A stretch of 63,541 bases of DNA, filler included, from Circinaria calcarea (taxonomy: Eukaryota): NCBI GenBank assembly GCA_051942165.1. It is 38 parts of 38 records of this genome, joined end to end, with 100 filler letters (N's around TTAATTAATTAA, not from the genome) between each part and the next. Parts side by side here need not be neighbours in the genome. Positions count along the whole stretch, not along the records: positions 35,266 to 36,838 come from JAVECS010004507.1; positions 36,939 to 38,511 come from JAVECS010004508.1; positions 38,612 to 40,184 come from JAVECS010004509.1; positions 40,285 to 41,856 come from JAVECS010004510.1; positions 41,957 to 43,527 come from JAVECS010004511.1; positions 43,628 to 45,197 come from JAVECS010004512.1; positions 45,298 to 46,866 come from JAVECS010004513.1; positions 46,967 to 48,535 come from JAVECS010004514.1; 30 more parts are not named here. The stretch is one strand, 5' to 3'. The translations under genes and the position numbers were made by a program. The notes beneath the pieces are model-generated. The model did no database searches. It was not told where the DNA came from and was given only the letters and a program-made list of their open reading frames with translations. How positions within the stretch are numbered: position 1 is the stretch's first letter; each line of letters starts with the position of its first letter. Below are positions 35,393 to 48,829 of the stretch, piece by piece.

Positions 35393-37006
35393 CTGCTTTT
35401 GGTCAAGGGAGCGGGAAGATTCCGTTCTCTCTCTTTTCTTCTTCTTTTTTTCCTTTTTTTCCCCCCTTATCCGTCTTCGTGGTTTGTTGGGAATCCGTAT
35501 GGATGTTTATACATGGAATGGATATGGATACAGTAGAGAATAGAAAACACAACCTGATAGGTAAGGTAACGAAAGGACGTATAGGTCAGGCGTGGTAGTA
35601 AGGTTAGGTAGACGGGTTTAAGAATCCCCCCCCCGGGCTCCGTTTTTCGCCTCCTTTGAAGTTAATAGCTGAAGTGGGAATGAAGAGAGAGTAGAGGGTA
35701 GAGGAAACTGGAAGGATTTTTTTAAAAGAATCGAAAGGGGTTTCTTCTGGTTTTCTGCGTGTTTGGGAGAAGGATAAACAGAAGGGGGGGGGGGGGGGGA
35801 AAGGGTTTCTTGGGTATATTCTTTTGGTTTGTGGGGGCGTATTTATTTCATTGGGAGAAAAAACGAGGGATTCACGGGCACCCGGGCAGCTGTGGGAGGC
35901 GGTTGAACAGGGATAGGGATAATTGGGAAAAAGGACGAAGAGGATAGAAAATCTAGATTTACCGCTCAGGGAGAGAAAAGGTGCCTTTGGTTTGATTTGT
36001 TTCGAATCGAAACCTTGGGAAAAATTCACCTGGGAAAGGGAAAAAGGAAATGGAATATGAGTCCTAGAAATCCGGGGGCCGTGTTCGGTGAGGAGGGAAG
36101 GAAAACCCCTTTCTGAATTTTAACCGACTGACTATTGCTCCCGGACGTTTTGATTTTTCTCTACGCCCGGCGCATCCCTTCCTCCCCACGCCGCTCTTTT
36201 TTCTTTCTCTCTACAACCCGGGCCCTTTTTCCCCAAGGGGGGTGGAGGTCTCCAAAGCTATCCCGATTCCCCCTAATCCTCCCCTTCTCCCAGCGGGTAC
36301 CGTTTTTTCATCCCGGCCAAGTCACTCCTCCTCCTATTTTTATCGCGACCAATGGGATTCCCAACCCACCTGGCGGTATCAAGAGTCAGCTGGATTTCGG
36401 CGTTACGTGGTACACCTCCCCGTTCCCTCTCCTCATGTTTGTACAGGGGTATACTGGGTTTCATATTCAAGCAACCCTTCGCTGTCTTGTTAGATCTCGC
36501 AAGCGACGGGTTTAGAACAAAGCGGGAGAAGCGGTCGTCGGTGGCGGGTTTTCAGGGTCTTTGGAACGGAGTGCCAGGGAGGGGAAGTGAGCGAGAGAGG
36601 GTTTCGGGCTGGCGGGTTGATGGATAAGGGAAAGGTGTAGGCGGGTGCGGGTGGGAGTTTGGAGGGTTGTCTTGTAGCCTCTTCTTTCGGGGTCCCTTTC
36701 TTTAAATGTTCTGGCACTTTCACAGGGACTGGAATTTAGCAGTTTGGACAAAATGTCGCAGGCCTGTACATTCCTCAATCCGTGAGATCTCAGAACCGAC
36801 AGGCTGATATCGTAATCCTACTCCATATTCCCACACACNNNNNNNNNNNNNNNNNNNNNNNNNNNNNNNNNNNNNNNNNNNNTTAATTAATTAANNNNNN
36901 NNNNNNNNNNNNNNNNNNNNNNNNNNNNNNNNNNNNNNTATTTGGGATTAGCCAAGCTCTAACATGCAGCTTTTAGGATAAGACCGTTGGCAAAGGACCG
37001 ACATAC

Positions 37007-37467
37007 GGCAGCTCCCGCAGACGGCAGCAATCCATTTTATCCCAACCCGATCGCCTACTTTCCTTGTCTCCCCGACGCTGGGGCCCAGCTTGACAATCTT
37101 CCCAACGCCTTCGTGGCCCCCGACTTGGCCGGGCCTAGTGGGGTTGGGGAGAATTGCCCACTGCCAATTGTATCAGCTTTGGAGGACCTCGGTTCGCAGG
37201 CTTTAGAGGGAAGATGTACCGAATTCATCATAATACCGAAGTCCGAATGGCAGACACCCGAGTGGGTCCTGTTTGGTCCATGAGGCTTAGGTCTGGAGAA
37301 AAGGGGAAGAAGGAAGACGAGACGTACAGATTGATAAGAACCTCACCGGGCCCCGGCTCCGGCATGTCCAGCATCTCGATCTTGGTGGAGACTTTGCCTG
37401 GTTCGTCGTACACGCAGGCTTTGTACTGTTTCGGGAGCTCGGGCACGGAAGGAGAATCGGATGCCAT
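37007..37467 (-). CDS. adh: Zinc-dependent alcohol dehydrogenase (MDR family), 5' part
   Basis: YKACVYDEPG..EVLINL/THSGVCHSD../..GGHEGVGKIVKLG..KVGDRVGIKW..CGSC; introns 37269-37327 and 37161-37219, third intron starts at 37006. Confidence 0.93.
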
Positions 37468-38954
37468 TGTGCTTTGCCTTGGGGCTGTGGGAATGTAGTC
37501 GAGGTGAAGGGAAAGAGTGAGGAGATGAGGGAAGGGGAAGGGGTACAGTCGGGGTAAGGAGAGATGGAGACTGTCATGGTGATAGAGGTAAGAGGTATTT
37601 GTATAGCGATACCAATGCTGAATTAAGAAGGTAATGAATTGGTAATCCCCAAGACAATGCGGGGAAGGGTTCGCGGTATGTTTTTAGGGCGGCGCTTGCG
37701 ATTGTGGGGTAGATTCGCTAATTACTGCTCCTGTTATAGGAGTTCAACTGATCTGCCGTGTCTGCTTCTCGGGTGATCCGACCTTGTCATAGGAAGTCCT
37801 CAGGACAGGATTTACTAGGTCTGTGGCTTTCAAGATTGTTCAGTTAAGAGAGGAGCAATACTTTGGCCTGACTTGGTCAAGGGAAAGGTTTTCTAGAATT
37901 ATTGATAGAGACGGTGTAAGTGTAAAACATGCTTCGGGGTACTAACAAGCAAGATGCAAGATTAGTATGGTCTCATGAACAGAATGAGAGCGGACTTGAA
38001 GAATGGAAGCCTTATGCCCTCACGTCTTCTGTGCGAGGATTGGTCACCTAAGTCTGCATGCAACGAAGATTCATCGTAGCTAACGCCGATCAGCCAGCTT
38101 GCCAGACATGGGCGTAGCGGCCAACGACTAGTGCTCTGCATTGTGATCTCCTACCTGAATTTCAATCGTAAGTTCATAGAGATCGTTAGGGTTTGTAATC
38201 CACAAAATTGGCCTAGCACCCGTAGGCATTCGGCTTGCGGGAGTGATGGGATGGGCAGCATTGACATCTCCATAGGCTCTCCTACATACCTGGAAATCCG
38301 GTGGTGTGGACTCGATAATGGGTAAGTTCACAGCGTTTTTGGATAGCTCACACGCCCTGAGCCCATCCTGAGAAAACCCTGGAAGCTGAAGCTGGAGCTG
38401 GAGCATACCTAACTCCCTATGTACGTATACTCAGGTGTGGGTTCGGGGGATGCACCAAGTTCCCTGTACTATAGCAAAATACTGAGCCCCATCCCGGCTC
38501 TCCTTCCGTATNNNNNNNNNNNNNNNNNNNNNNNNNNNNNNNNNNNNNNNNNNNNTTAATTAATTAANNNNNNNNNNNNNNNNNNNNNNNNNNNNNNNNN
38601 NNNNNNNNNNNGTAGAAGAATGGTTTGGGGGAATTGAAAAACCCTTGGGGAAAAGTGGGGGGTGGGGATTATAAAAGCGGTGGGGATGGAGAGCCTCGGA
38701 ACATGTACATTTGCTTGCGTGCTGGCGAATGATGTGGGTATTTCCAACCGGCTAAAGGAATGATATGTAATACACCAAGAGATATGGACAGATTCAATTT
38801 CCTCCTCCTCCTCTCCATTCCACTCACGCCAATATATACAACACTCCTCGAAGTCTCCCCGGAACCCCCAATCAGCTATCAACAAGCCATCTTACACACC
38901 AAGCAACTTTCACACGAAGCGTGAACGAATCCGGTAAATTCTTCACGAGAAATT

Positions 38955-39641
38955 TTATAGAATGAGTCCAGCAAGGGCGGCACTCAAACCGATCAACAAA
39001 GCACCGACCAGCTGTCGCACAACCACGAGGAGGTTGTCCACCACGACAGCGAGGGAAAGGAGAAGGTTGCTCAGGGCGAGGACGAGCGGTTGGGCGAATG
39101 CTAATGCCGCAGCTGGGACATGACATGTTAGAGCCGGATCAAAATTACCATAAACATAGCTGCGAATAAAAAAACTCACTCAACCCCAAACCAGCAATGA
39201 CATTGTTCAGTGTCCCGCTCAAATCCAAAAGAAGCGTCAAGATGATATTGGCGAGCGAAGTCGGACTCGTCACCTGACGCGCGGCAATGGGTTTGGTGGG
39301 GACTTGTTTGGTGGTCTTGACGACGGCGGCGGTGATGCTTTTCATGCACTTTTGGATGGCGTCAGAGGCGACTTTCTTCTCAGCTGGGCTAGAAGTGGGG
39401 GTAAGGGTGGCGACGGTGGTGTCTGCGGTAAATCGTAAGTAAGGAACGTCAGGGATCAAAGGGAAATGAGTGGCAACTGACTGATCTGAGCAGTGTACAC
39501 TTGGACCGTAGCAAGCAAGTTGATAACGAGGGAAATTGGGTCTGATGCACGCTTCTCAATTGAGACTTCGGCAGTAGGGGCTGACATGACACCCATGAGT
39601 GAGGTGGCCAAAGCCAAGATGGAAATGAATGAGGTCTTCAT
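38955..39641 (-). CDS. Small secreted protein (186 aa) with Leu-rich hydrophobic C-terminus, complete
   Basis: Signal peptide MKTSFISILALATSLMGVMSAP, propeptide ending EKR; exons 39482-39641, 39180-39422 and 38955-39112 splice in frame (561 nt); TATATAAA at 39759-39766. Confidence 0.88.
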
Positions 39642-40284
39642 GATGAAGAAGGGCTGCTAGTGAATGTACTAAACGATTGGAAAGGTTGAATATGGTGTCG
39701 ATGAACTTGAATGAAAGTGTTTGAATGGGAGTATAGCGGATGGAGAAGTGAGACTGGCTTTATATATCCAAGGACTGGCAGGCATATTTGTAAACCGTCG
39801 TCATTTCTTCCGCCTTCCCCCAGTCACCCAAAACTCAACGGCTCTCTCGAATTAAAGGGATCTTTGTTCCTAACTGAGCATGGACGGATCTTGCAGTCTT
39901 AGAGTACCATGACGATGTTAGCAAAGAAGCATACCTGCGATTGAGGCTACGGAACGAAGGTTGAGATTCCCGCTTCTGGGAAAAGGCCAAGTGCGTGTCC
40001 GGATATTAGAGATGACCCCTGAATTCAATGACGAGGTGTGGCTCTGGACAGGCAGAATCCACGTGCCGACGTTTAGAAAGAAGCCTTAGTGGATGACTTG
40101 AGGCTCGCTGCCATGTGCATTGATGATCTTCCATGCCTCGAGCCCTCGTCCGGTTCTTGCACTAGCCAGGGGCTTATTTCCCGANNNNNNNNNNNNNNNN
40201 NNNNNNNNNNNNNNNNNNNNNNNNNNNNTTAATTAATTAANNNNNNNNNNNNNNNNNNNNNNNNNNNNNNNNNNNNNNNNNNNN

Positions 40285-41856
40285 GTAGGGTCACGTGCAT
40301 TAAGAGCCGCCGAAGCGGCGCTTTCAGACTTCGGTACAGACGACTTAGCAGTGTCGCTACGATTGCGGAGAGTTGATTCTGATGACTGATCGGTTTCCGT
40401 AGAAGTACTTGTTGCCGGAGCTGCCTCAAGCTTCTTGCTGGGAATGAGACGTTTTTCCTCTTTGGTCTTTGCAAAGGCATCGCGATTGGAGGCTGCTTCA
40501 GCATCACTAATTGACACAGAATAGGACGGCATATCGCTGCTTCCGAGGGTTGCACCTCCTCCACCAGGAGCATATATGGGGATTTTTCGAAGCGCGAGCA
40601 CAAGAGCACACATGAATTTGGAGCGTCGAGAAGCGCGGACGGTCTCGTTTGCCCAATTTGACTAAAGCAGTCAGTCAGTGACTTTTGAAACAGAGTCCAT
40701 AGCACTTACCTTGTGCTTGATTTCCACTTTCAATTCCATCTTGTTCATCTCAGCTATGCCAGTGACTTCGACGTCAATGTCTGGCTGGAAGTCTCTGGCG
40801 TTTTCTTTGTCAAGGACGAAGTTGCGCATTTCGCTTTTCAAGAGCTGAATATCTTCAATCGTTGTATCAAAGCTGATATACATCAACAACTGCTCTCTCA
40901 TAGCTTTTGATCTTGTGACATTGTCAATCCAGACCCCATTGAGTACTATGTTAGGCACTTGGGTTGTTTTGTGAGTCTTTATCCTCTTGAATACCGTGAA
41001 GAGCAGGGAGATACGCTCCACGACCAGTTGTTCTTCACCAATATCAATCCTATCCCCCACGTCGAATGGGTGCTTGACGAATAGAAAAATGCAAGAGCCG
41101 AGGACTTCTTGAGCAGTTGTAGCAAATACAAACGACATCGAAAGTAGAGCGGTACCGGCTGTAGCGAGGGTTGTCGTGAAAGACGAGTTGAGAAACGCAA
41201 CTGAGAGGGTTAGCAAAGCGCCGGGTGATGCTAGCCGACTCACACGGGGATTTGAAGCGGGCCGTACCGAAAACAAATATGCAAATAACGAACACAATAG
41301 TACAGAGTAAGTTATCTAGCACGACGATTGCTTGATCGACATCATGTAGACTGCTGGCAATTGACTTGCGCTCGCGACCAATTTCACAGACCGTTAAGAT
41401 CATCTCGTCAAGGCTAATGTCACCGTTGCCATCTCGATCTAGAGAAGCAAAGCATTCCTCGGCCTCCGCCCGTTGGTCTGATCCTAGAACCTCCACGATA
41501 TCATCCTGATACAATGTGTCCTTGCCCTCGACAACAAAGCTCAACCATATTCGCCTCGCCAATGCTTCAGATGATTTGTTCTTCTCTAGTGCCTCGACAA
41601 CGATCGAGTGGGCGGCAGTGGGGTTAAAGACTTGCTTGCCAGTGACTTCATGAGCAATATTTCCAAAGGCCGCCGTGATATTATCCCCAACCCTTCCGGC
41701 ATTCTGAAGTAACCGCATAGGAGTAGTAGACCCAGATCTCGCGTGCCCACTTGCGGATTTCTTGATGGAAAGATTGATTGCATCATTTATGAGATAGTCC
41801 TCCTCAGCAAACTCGTTACAGTAAGCGGGGAATAATGCACGAGACGCATCGTAAAG
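40285..41856 (-). CDS. MscS-like mechanosensitive channel with EF-hand (Msy1/Msy2 family), internal part
   Basis: SSEALARRIWLSFVVEG; EF-hand DRDGNGDISLDE; FVFATTAQEVLGSCIFLFVKHPFDVGDRIDI; introns 41201-41267 and 40662-40709; SNWANETVRASRRSKFMCALV. Confidence 0.93.
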
Positions 41857-41968
41857 NNNNNNNNNNNNNNNNNNNNNNNNNNNNNNNNNNNNNNNNNNNN
41901 TTAATTAATTAANNNNNNNNNNNNNNNNNNNNNNNNNNNNNNNNNNNNNNNNNNNNTATAGAACTTAC

Positions 41969-43527
41969 CAGCTGCCCGCCAGTACCATCTCTTGGCATCT
42001 TCGATGTTAGCTGGAGCACCAATCCCAACCTCGGTAAAGTAACCCATGGCGTACTCGGCCTTTGCCAGTCCTGCCTGAGCGGCCTTCCGAGCCCAGAGAT
42101 AAGCTTCAGTATCACTCTGCTGGAGAACACCTTCTGAGCCTGTCAGATACCAGCCGCTCAACGCGAGCTCGCTCTGATGCTCTTCCTGGACTGCGGCTTT
42201 ACTATACCAGGCGATACTTTGCCGTGGATCGATTGAACAGCCCAGAAGTCCATATTCGTATGCGGAGCCCAGGCGGAACTGAGAGAACTTGTAACCTAGC
42301 TCCGCAGCCTGTGTGAAAAGCTGCCTGGAGTACGCTTCATCTTTGACGATATTGTCATTACCACTGGCGTTTTCAAACAGTAACCCCTATTTGAAAAGTA
42401 AGCACGCTCTATAATTTGCATTAGGAGGCGATATCGTACCAACTCGTGTAGAGCGTGAGGGTTCTCCGCATCAGCACGATCAGCAGCCCTCTTCAGCCAA
42501 ACTATTGCTTCTCTCGGGTTCTTGGATTGACCTAGGAGGCCCTTTAACTGAATCATGCCCATTTTGTACATGGCTGGCGTGTCTCCAAGGGTAGCCGCCC
42601 GTTTATACCACTGGATAGCTTTCAGCGGATCTCTCCTTGTTCCCCCGCCGTCCTCTTGCCCCATTTCGCAGCATACAGCGACTCTGTATGCTGATTGTGG
42701 ATGACCGGCTTTGGCAGCAGACTGGTAAAGGCTAAAAGCTTCCTTTGGATCAACCTCAAGGCCCAATTGACCTTGTCCATGGCAGTCTGCCAAGTAGAAC
42801 ATAGCCTCTGAATAGCCAACGTTTACCAATTTCTTTACGAGCTTATGAGCATCAAGAATATATCTCTCGCGACTTTTGATGCGTTGTTTTTGGTCCGCAC
42901 GGCCACCCTCATCGACTAACACAGAAGCAGCTTCAACCAATTTTTTAGCTAACAACAACTGGGTTCCATGGTCGTCTGGTTTTGCTCGGACCGTTTGTTT
43001 TAGCCGTTCTAATTCTTCATGAGTAACTGTGGTCGACCGCTCTTTCCCTTTGTTGGGCGTTGAGGCAAAGGGCTGTATATAAGTTTTCTGCTGAACTGGT
43101 GAAGGCGTGCTATCATACTGTCTCACTGGGGGTGGTTTTGCCATTGGATTGGAATGGAGTTGCAAAAGGCCCGGGCGAACAGGCATGGGATGTTCCGGGA
43201 GAGCGTCAGGGTTATACGGACGAGTCGATGGCGGCGGAGTTGTCCCATTTGTCCTTCTGTGTCCAACATATGCGCCAGGCTTATCAGTTTGACCTGAACG
43301 CATTTGCTGTGTATTCGTGGGTGGAGTCATCGGACCAGCTTGGTCGGACGAATGAGGATCCGCACGAAGACCCCTTCCTTGATTGATATACATTCCTTGG
43401 CCGTCTCGTGATCCCGTACCATGAAGTTCTGGTGAAGTATACCTCTGACCTTGAATGTGTCCTTGGTATTTGACGATAGGGAGCTCGTATTGTGAGGTCG
43501 ATGTATCGATTGGTTGTCGTGCTGGGA
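41969..43527 (-). CDS. chs4: Chitin synthase activator Chs4/Skt5 (Sel1-like repeats), internal part
   Basis: LAKKLVEAASVL..AMFYLADC..YQSAAKAGH..AYRVAVCCEMG..WYKRAA..ENPHALHEL; intron 42387-42439; LSGWYLTGSEGVL..EAYLWARKAA..AEYAMGYFTEVGIG. Confidence 0.93.
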
Positions 43528-43627
43528 NNNNNNNNNNNNNNNNNNNNNNNNNNNNNNNNNNNNNNNNNNNNTTAATTAATTAANNNNNNNNNNNNNNNNN
43601 NNNNNNNNNNNNNNNNNNNNNNNNNNN

Positions 43628-43748
43628 GGTAGCCACTGCTTTTCCGGGGCACCAACTTCTTGTAGATTGTCAGGAATGCTGGAATGGTCGTAGCGGCTAC
43701 AAGGCCAAGACCGACAGATCCTACGATAATAGACGAGGATTTGGACAT
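43628..43748 (-). CDS. N-terminus of a membrane protein (possibly an ABCC-type transporter)
   Basis: MSKSSSIIVGSVGLGLVAATTIPAFLTIYKKLVPRKSSGY runs off the contig; TATATATA about 100 bp upstream; only 40 aa visible. Confidence 0.45.
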
Positions 43749-45059
43749 TCTTTTCAAGGACGCACACCACAGCAATTCCAGGCCATTCTTTCAGCCAAGA
43801 GAACGAGAATAAGGGAGCTGAATGCCTCGGGGAAGCCGGCCATCTATATAAATGACGAGTGATGATAGTCCCAGCTGCAGATTTGACTCACGCATCGGCT
43901 CCCATTACCGCTAAGAGGGGCATCATTCAGCTGCACAGTGTGAACCCTGTACTACTCCGTACTTTTGCATGGCAGAACGCGGGGCACGGCAACGCTAGGG
44001 AGATTCGGCCAATCAAGGCAAACCGCAGGGTTATACAATTATTTCGATACGAAGGAGTTCTCGTTATGATGAGATAAGGCCGAGTAAAAAGCGGAATACT
44101 TGTACTGTATAAAACCTGACTCATGCATAGCCTTGCCATAACATCTGCCTTACTCCGTATACATATACATATAGCCCAGCCATAATTGTACGACGTTGTA
44201 TATGACGAATTTCGTAGGTAATCACAGTCCTCGATATTTTACATACCAAAATAGAAAGGTAAAGCTTGGAAATAATTTCGTTGAGGTCAGATTCGTTTAT
44301 AGCCAAAGGTTCACTGTAACATCGTCATAGAGTCCATGACCTACACAATTGCAGTTTGCAGTAGAAGCCCACCAACGAAGTTCATCCCCATTACAGACTC
44401 AACGCACGTCCCAATGCAGGCACGAGGGAAGCACTGACGATTTTGGTGTATACCCTAGGTACCTCTTCACTTTTAATCTCCCCCTCCAGATCTCGCCAGG
44501 GGTGCGCAAATCTCAATCTCAATCATCCTACAAAGTAGATTGGTGAGAATGGCAAATCGTGAAGGCATGTAAGTCTTGAATGCTACTATCTTAGGTAATT
44601 AAATATGAAAGGTTTGGCTGTCGGTTAGCGCACCCCTGCTTGACTGGTAACTCAAAGATAAGGGTAGGTAATCATTTTTTACGGGTACGGGTACGGGTAC
44701 GGGGTAGGGTTACGGTGGTGCTATAGAGTCGGAGGAACTTTCCGTAGATATAAGTCACAAAGTGCTACACGATTTCACCATAGAACAAGACATCCGGGCT
44801 GTCCGCTTCCATTTCTAACTCGATTTCTTGGGGAACTGTGCTCTATCATTAGTATTACATCCGCCGGCATTAATTCCTAACCCTACCCCTCCACCGTAAC
44901 CAAAGGAAAGGAAAGCAGGGAGAACTAAAGGAGACCGGCTACAGAAAAGCTCGGATGAGATAGAATCCGTTGGACTGGGTATTCGAGCACATTTGTCAAC
45001 CAAGGGCACATTTGTAACCTATCCGACCAGCCGGGCGTACGCCTTGAATGGCCTCTCCC

Positions 45060-45197
45060 TCAAGCTTCGGTGGCCCTCTCTTCCTCCCGGCCTCTGCTTT
45101 CCCCGTTAGCCTGGCTTCCGTGCGCAGCGTCCTCCTCATCTTCTTCCTCTTCGTCCTCGTCTTGGTATTCACGGTGCGCACCGGCTGGCACCCAGAG
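45060..45197 (-). CDS. Acidic C-terminal tail of an unidentified protein
   Basis: Open from the contig edge: LWVPAGAHREYQDEDEEEEDEEDAAHGSQANGESRGREEERATEA-TGA. Confidence 0.5.
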   Translation of the reverse strand, partial: LWVPAGAHREYQDEDEEEEDEEDAAHGSQANGESRGREEERATEA

Positions 45198-45801
45198 NNN
45201 NNNNNNNNNNNNNNNNNNNNNNNNNNNNNNNNNNNNNNNNNTTAATTAATTAANNNNNNNNNNNNNNNNNNNNNNNNNNNNNNNNNNNNNNNNNNNNGGT
45301 AGGGGGTTCCGGAACCATGAATTGAAGGAGAAGGGAAAGAAAGGGAATGCTACACCCCCCCCCAAACCCAAACCCCCGCGGGGGTCAACATGTCAAGTAG
45401 TGATTTGATAAGTGTGGTTTGTTTTGCTTTAGTAAATCGAAAATTGTGGGGGGGGGAAATTAACATTGTAGTATATCGTTAAATTTTTTTAACATATTTG
45501 GTGAATTGTACATCTATCAGATCTATCTCTTGCTGGAAGCTGTTTTTTTGGCTCTTGCAGACCAGAACACGAAAGCGTCCCCACGCTCCTTGGTCTGTTG
45601 GCCAGTCTCGCTTGACTAATCTCCAGCCTTTTGTATCCAAGGAACGGGGCACGGTTCCGTCCGCCAAGGGCAAAACAGCTTGAAAAGGATATGGGAGGAA
45701 GTTTTGAAAGCATATGCAAACTCCACCGGAACCGAGATCGGGGACTGAAACGCCGGCCGCCCCGACTCCCAAAAATACTCTTCCCTCAGCAACTCAGCAA
45801 C

Positions 45802-46866
45802 TCAGCCTCTGCTTCCGCCCTCTCCAGCGCTCACACCAACTCCTCCTCTCTCCCCACCCGCTTCTTCTTTCTCCTCCGATGGGCTCCCCCGTCCCATCCC
45901 CGTCATCACGGCATCCTTGGTCGTATCTCTCAGGATCACCTGCACCCACTCCGCTCGGCTCCTGATCATGCTGCCCAGCCACTCGTGGGTCCTCGGCAGC
46001 ACGACCACGCCGCTCTTTCCTCCCAGAATCCTTTCCACTACCGCTTCTGCGATCGTCTCGGGCTCCAGCGTCGGACTGAGCCAGGACGTGTCGTTGACGA
46101 ATCCGTAGGTGAGTTTGGTCCTCGCCCAGCTGGGACAGATGCACAAGGTGCGCACCTTCGGGGCGTGGTATCGATGCTTTAATTCCTGGGCGAGTCCTTC
46201 GTGGAACGCGAGCGCGGCCGTTTTTGTGCACGAGTAATCGACTAACTGCGGGGCCGTGACGAAGGCGGCCAGGGAGGCCACGGTGACGACCATGCCGTGG
46301 TTCCGGGCGACCATATGCGGGAGGAAAGCTTTGGTAAGGCGGAAGTGGGCGAGGATGTTGACGGCGAAGATGCGCTCGAGGGCAGCGTCGGGAGTGGCGA
46401 GGATGGTGAGGTAGTTGGCGAGACCGGCGTTGTTAATCAGGACGGCCGGGTGGCCGTGGGTGGAGATGATGGTGGAGGCGGCGGTAGAGATGGAGGTTGG
46501 GGAAGTGAGGTCGCAGGGGTGGTGGTGGACGTTGGGGTTTGCTGGGAACCCGGAGAGGGGGGCGTTAGTAGGCATAGGTATGGTTTGAGAGGGTAGTGTG
46601 GGTATAGGGGCGCCAGGTAAACGTACGGAGATCAAATGTGGGCTCCTGGATATCGAGATTCACGACCTTGATATTCATGGCTGCGAGAAGGAGGACGATA
46701 TGTTTCCCTATGCCATCGCTTCCCCCCGTGATGACGACAAAATCCTTACTCCAGTCCCACTTGTCACTCTTCCAGTTGGCCAGTACCCCTCTGTTCAAGA
46801 CGCCGTTGATCCATCGCGCCAGCCCGAGGCACACGAGCACTTTGAGGGATTGCAGGGCTTTCTCAT
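45802..46866 (-). CDS. Short-chain dehydrogenase/reductase (SDR16C/Tda5-like), 5' truncated
   Basis: VVITGGSDGIG; intron 46542-46626; LINNAG; catalytic YSCTK; AFHEGLAQEL. Confidence 0.93.
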
Positions 46867-46966
46867 NNNNNNNNNNNNNNNNNNNNNNNNNNNNNNNNNN
46901 NNNNNNNNNNTTAATTAATTAANNNNNNNNNNNNNNNNNNNNNNNNNNNNNNNNNNNNNNNNNNNN

Positions 46967-47878
46967 AGATTCTGCACCGCGACCGCCCACTCCACCCCTC
47001 TGCCCACCTGCCCGCCGACGTCGTCGTACTTCCATACGACCATCAAGATCGGGAACAGTTTCATACAGGACGACACAAACAGTGCCGTCGAGATGGCATT
47101 CGGTCGAGAGTCTCCTCCGTTTCCCCAGCCGTTCTGGGTCTCTGGACCGTTCCCTCCCACAGGACTACTCACGTTATTACCCGCCCACGCACTCCACGCG
47201 GGTGCGATTCTTTGCGCCAAGGCGCGAATTGCAAGATGTTGAGCTAGGGTGGTGAGGGTGCAGTAGAGGAGATAAAAGGCGTATTGGAGGAGGATGGGGA
47301 GGCGGGGAATCGCGAAGGAGGAGATTGCGTGTGTGGGGAGGGATTCAATAGAGGACCAGGTGAGGTAGACGTCGAAGAGGACGAGGAGGGTGCCGAGGCG
47401 GATTATAGAAGGCTAGCGCAAAGTTGGTAGAGGCTTATAGGGTGAGGCGCAGGGGGAAGCGAGGGGAGGAAGCATACATCGAATTCATCGTCCTCGCGAG
47501 CGAGGCGGTTGAAGAGGAGGTGGCGGTAGACCTGTTTTTGGTGATTATAATAGATTCTCTGTAATTGGCTCGTAGGAGTAGACATACCTGCGGCTTTACA
47601 AGCACCAGGTCGATGAACAGCACGACAAAGTCATGTTCTACATATTTGTCCGCGAAACGCTTGCATCGCGGGCATTGGGTTAATCGAACGTCCGCTCCTC
47701 CTACACCTCCTTTGGACTCTTTGCCTGCTTGAGGCCCGCCATTCGATGCGGCTGTAGCCCCGGGGTTGGAGGTATGAGCGGCTGCTTTGGAGGTGGAGTT
47801 GGCCGGTTTATGCGAATTACCCTGGAGAACGTGGTAGAGCTGAGATACCGGGTAGCAGCATTCGATGCAGATGGGCAT
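46967..47878 (-). CDS. arv1: Sterol homeostasis protein Arv1, 3' truncated
   Basis: MPICIECCYPV..DVRLTQCPRCKRFADKYVEHDFVVLFIDLVLVKPQ/VYRHLLFNRL../IIRLGTLLVLFDVYLTW..LFVSSCMKLFPILMVVWKYD. Confidence 0.95.
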
Positions 47879-48829
47879 GCCTGCCTCCCTTCACATTGTG
47901 GCTGGAAGGCGAACCTCTGCTGTCGTTGGTGCTTCAGAGAAGGTGGGCCAGTGAAGATTCAGCGGCGGGAAAGTTTTGTCCTGGGAAAGTTATTTTCGTG
48001 TGGGAAACTTTTAGATCCGGGGGACTTTTTTAGCTCCGGAGGGACTTTCAATTTACCACACAAAACCTTTAGCGTAGGAAACCTTAGCGCCGGAAAAACT
48101 CAGTTTCCCAATACAAAAAATTTAGCCTGGGAAATCTCACCATAGCGCCGGAATGCTACTTGGGGACGATTGTCCTGGCGGTTTCCGGGTGGTGGGCGCT
48201 CTACGCCCGGAGGATCTATATGGGGACCGCGGATTGAAGCTGGCGGAGAGGACAGGAGCCCCAAGGGCTGGGGGCAATTGGTCCGTTTTGTGGGCGGGGC
48301 AAATCGGTATTCAAAAAAATCCTTGCATCCATTTTATAAAATGTACGTATCTGGCGGAAAGGGGGAAAGTCCGGATTGAAGAGGGATCTGTTTTGTTCAT
48401 ATTCCATCGATTCCATCTATGGTACACACAAAGGTGAACCGTCAATCAGCCGGTTCATCCTTGACGGCCATTACTGTCTCGATGCCCTCATTCCCGGCCC
48501 CGTCCTCATCCCTAACCCCATCGCCTTCCTCCTCCNNNNNNNNNNNNNNNNNNNNNNNNNNNNNNNNNNNNNNNNNNNNTTAATTAATTAANNNNNNNNN
48601 NNNNNNNNNNNNNNNNNNNNNNNNNNNNNNNNNNNAGCTCGGGTCAACCCTAAAGTTAATTAATGGAACTCCTAATTAATTAGAGCATATTTTCTTATCT
48701 ATTAGAAACTATAAACTTTAAGCCACGGGTCGACCCAAATTATTAAGGCACGGTACTGTTTATATAGACTTATAACATGCGCAAGCGCGCAGAGCCCTGA
48801 AACGTATTGTATTTAATATAATAGTAATA

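Noticed and set aside
35218..35406. ORF with LQSSIFN heptad repeats (amyloid- or coiled-coil-like)
   Set aside because: Translation of the (TTGAAGA)16 repeat running into the linker.
44681..44716. (ACGGGT)n and TAGGGTTA as telomere-like repeats
   Set aside because: Only a few imperfect units, internal to a contig, and not a TTAGGG array.
45631..46596. Long antisense or alternate-frame ORFs over the SDR gene (likewise over the beta-flanking, tma46 and gdh2 genes)
   Set aside because: Shadow ORFs expected opposite GC-rich coding sequence; no motifs of their own.
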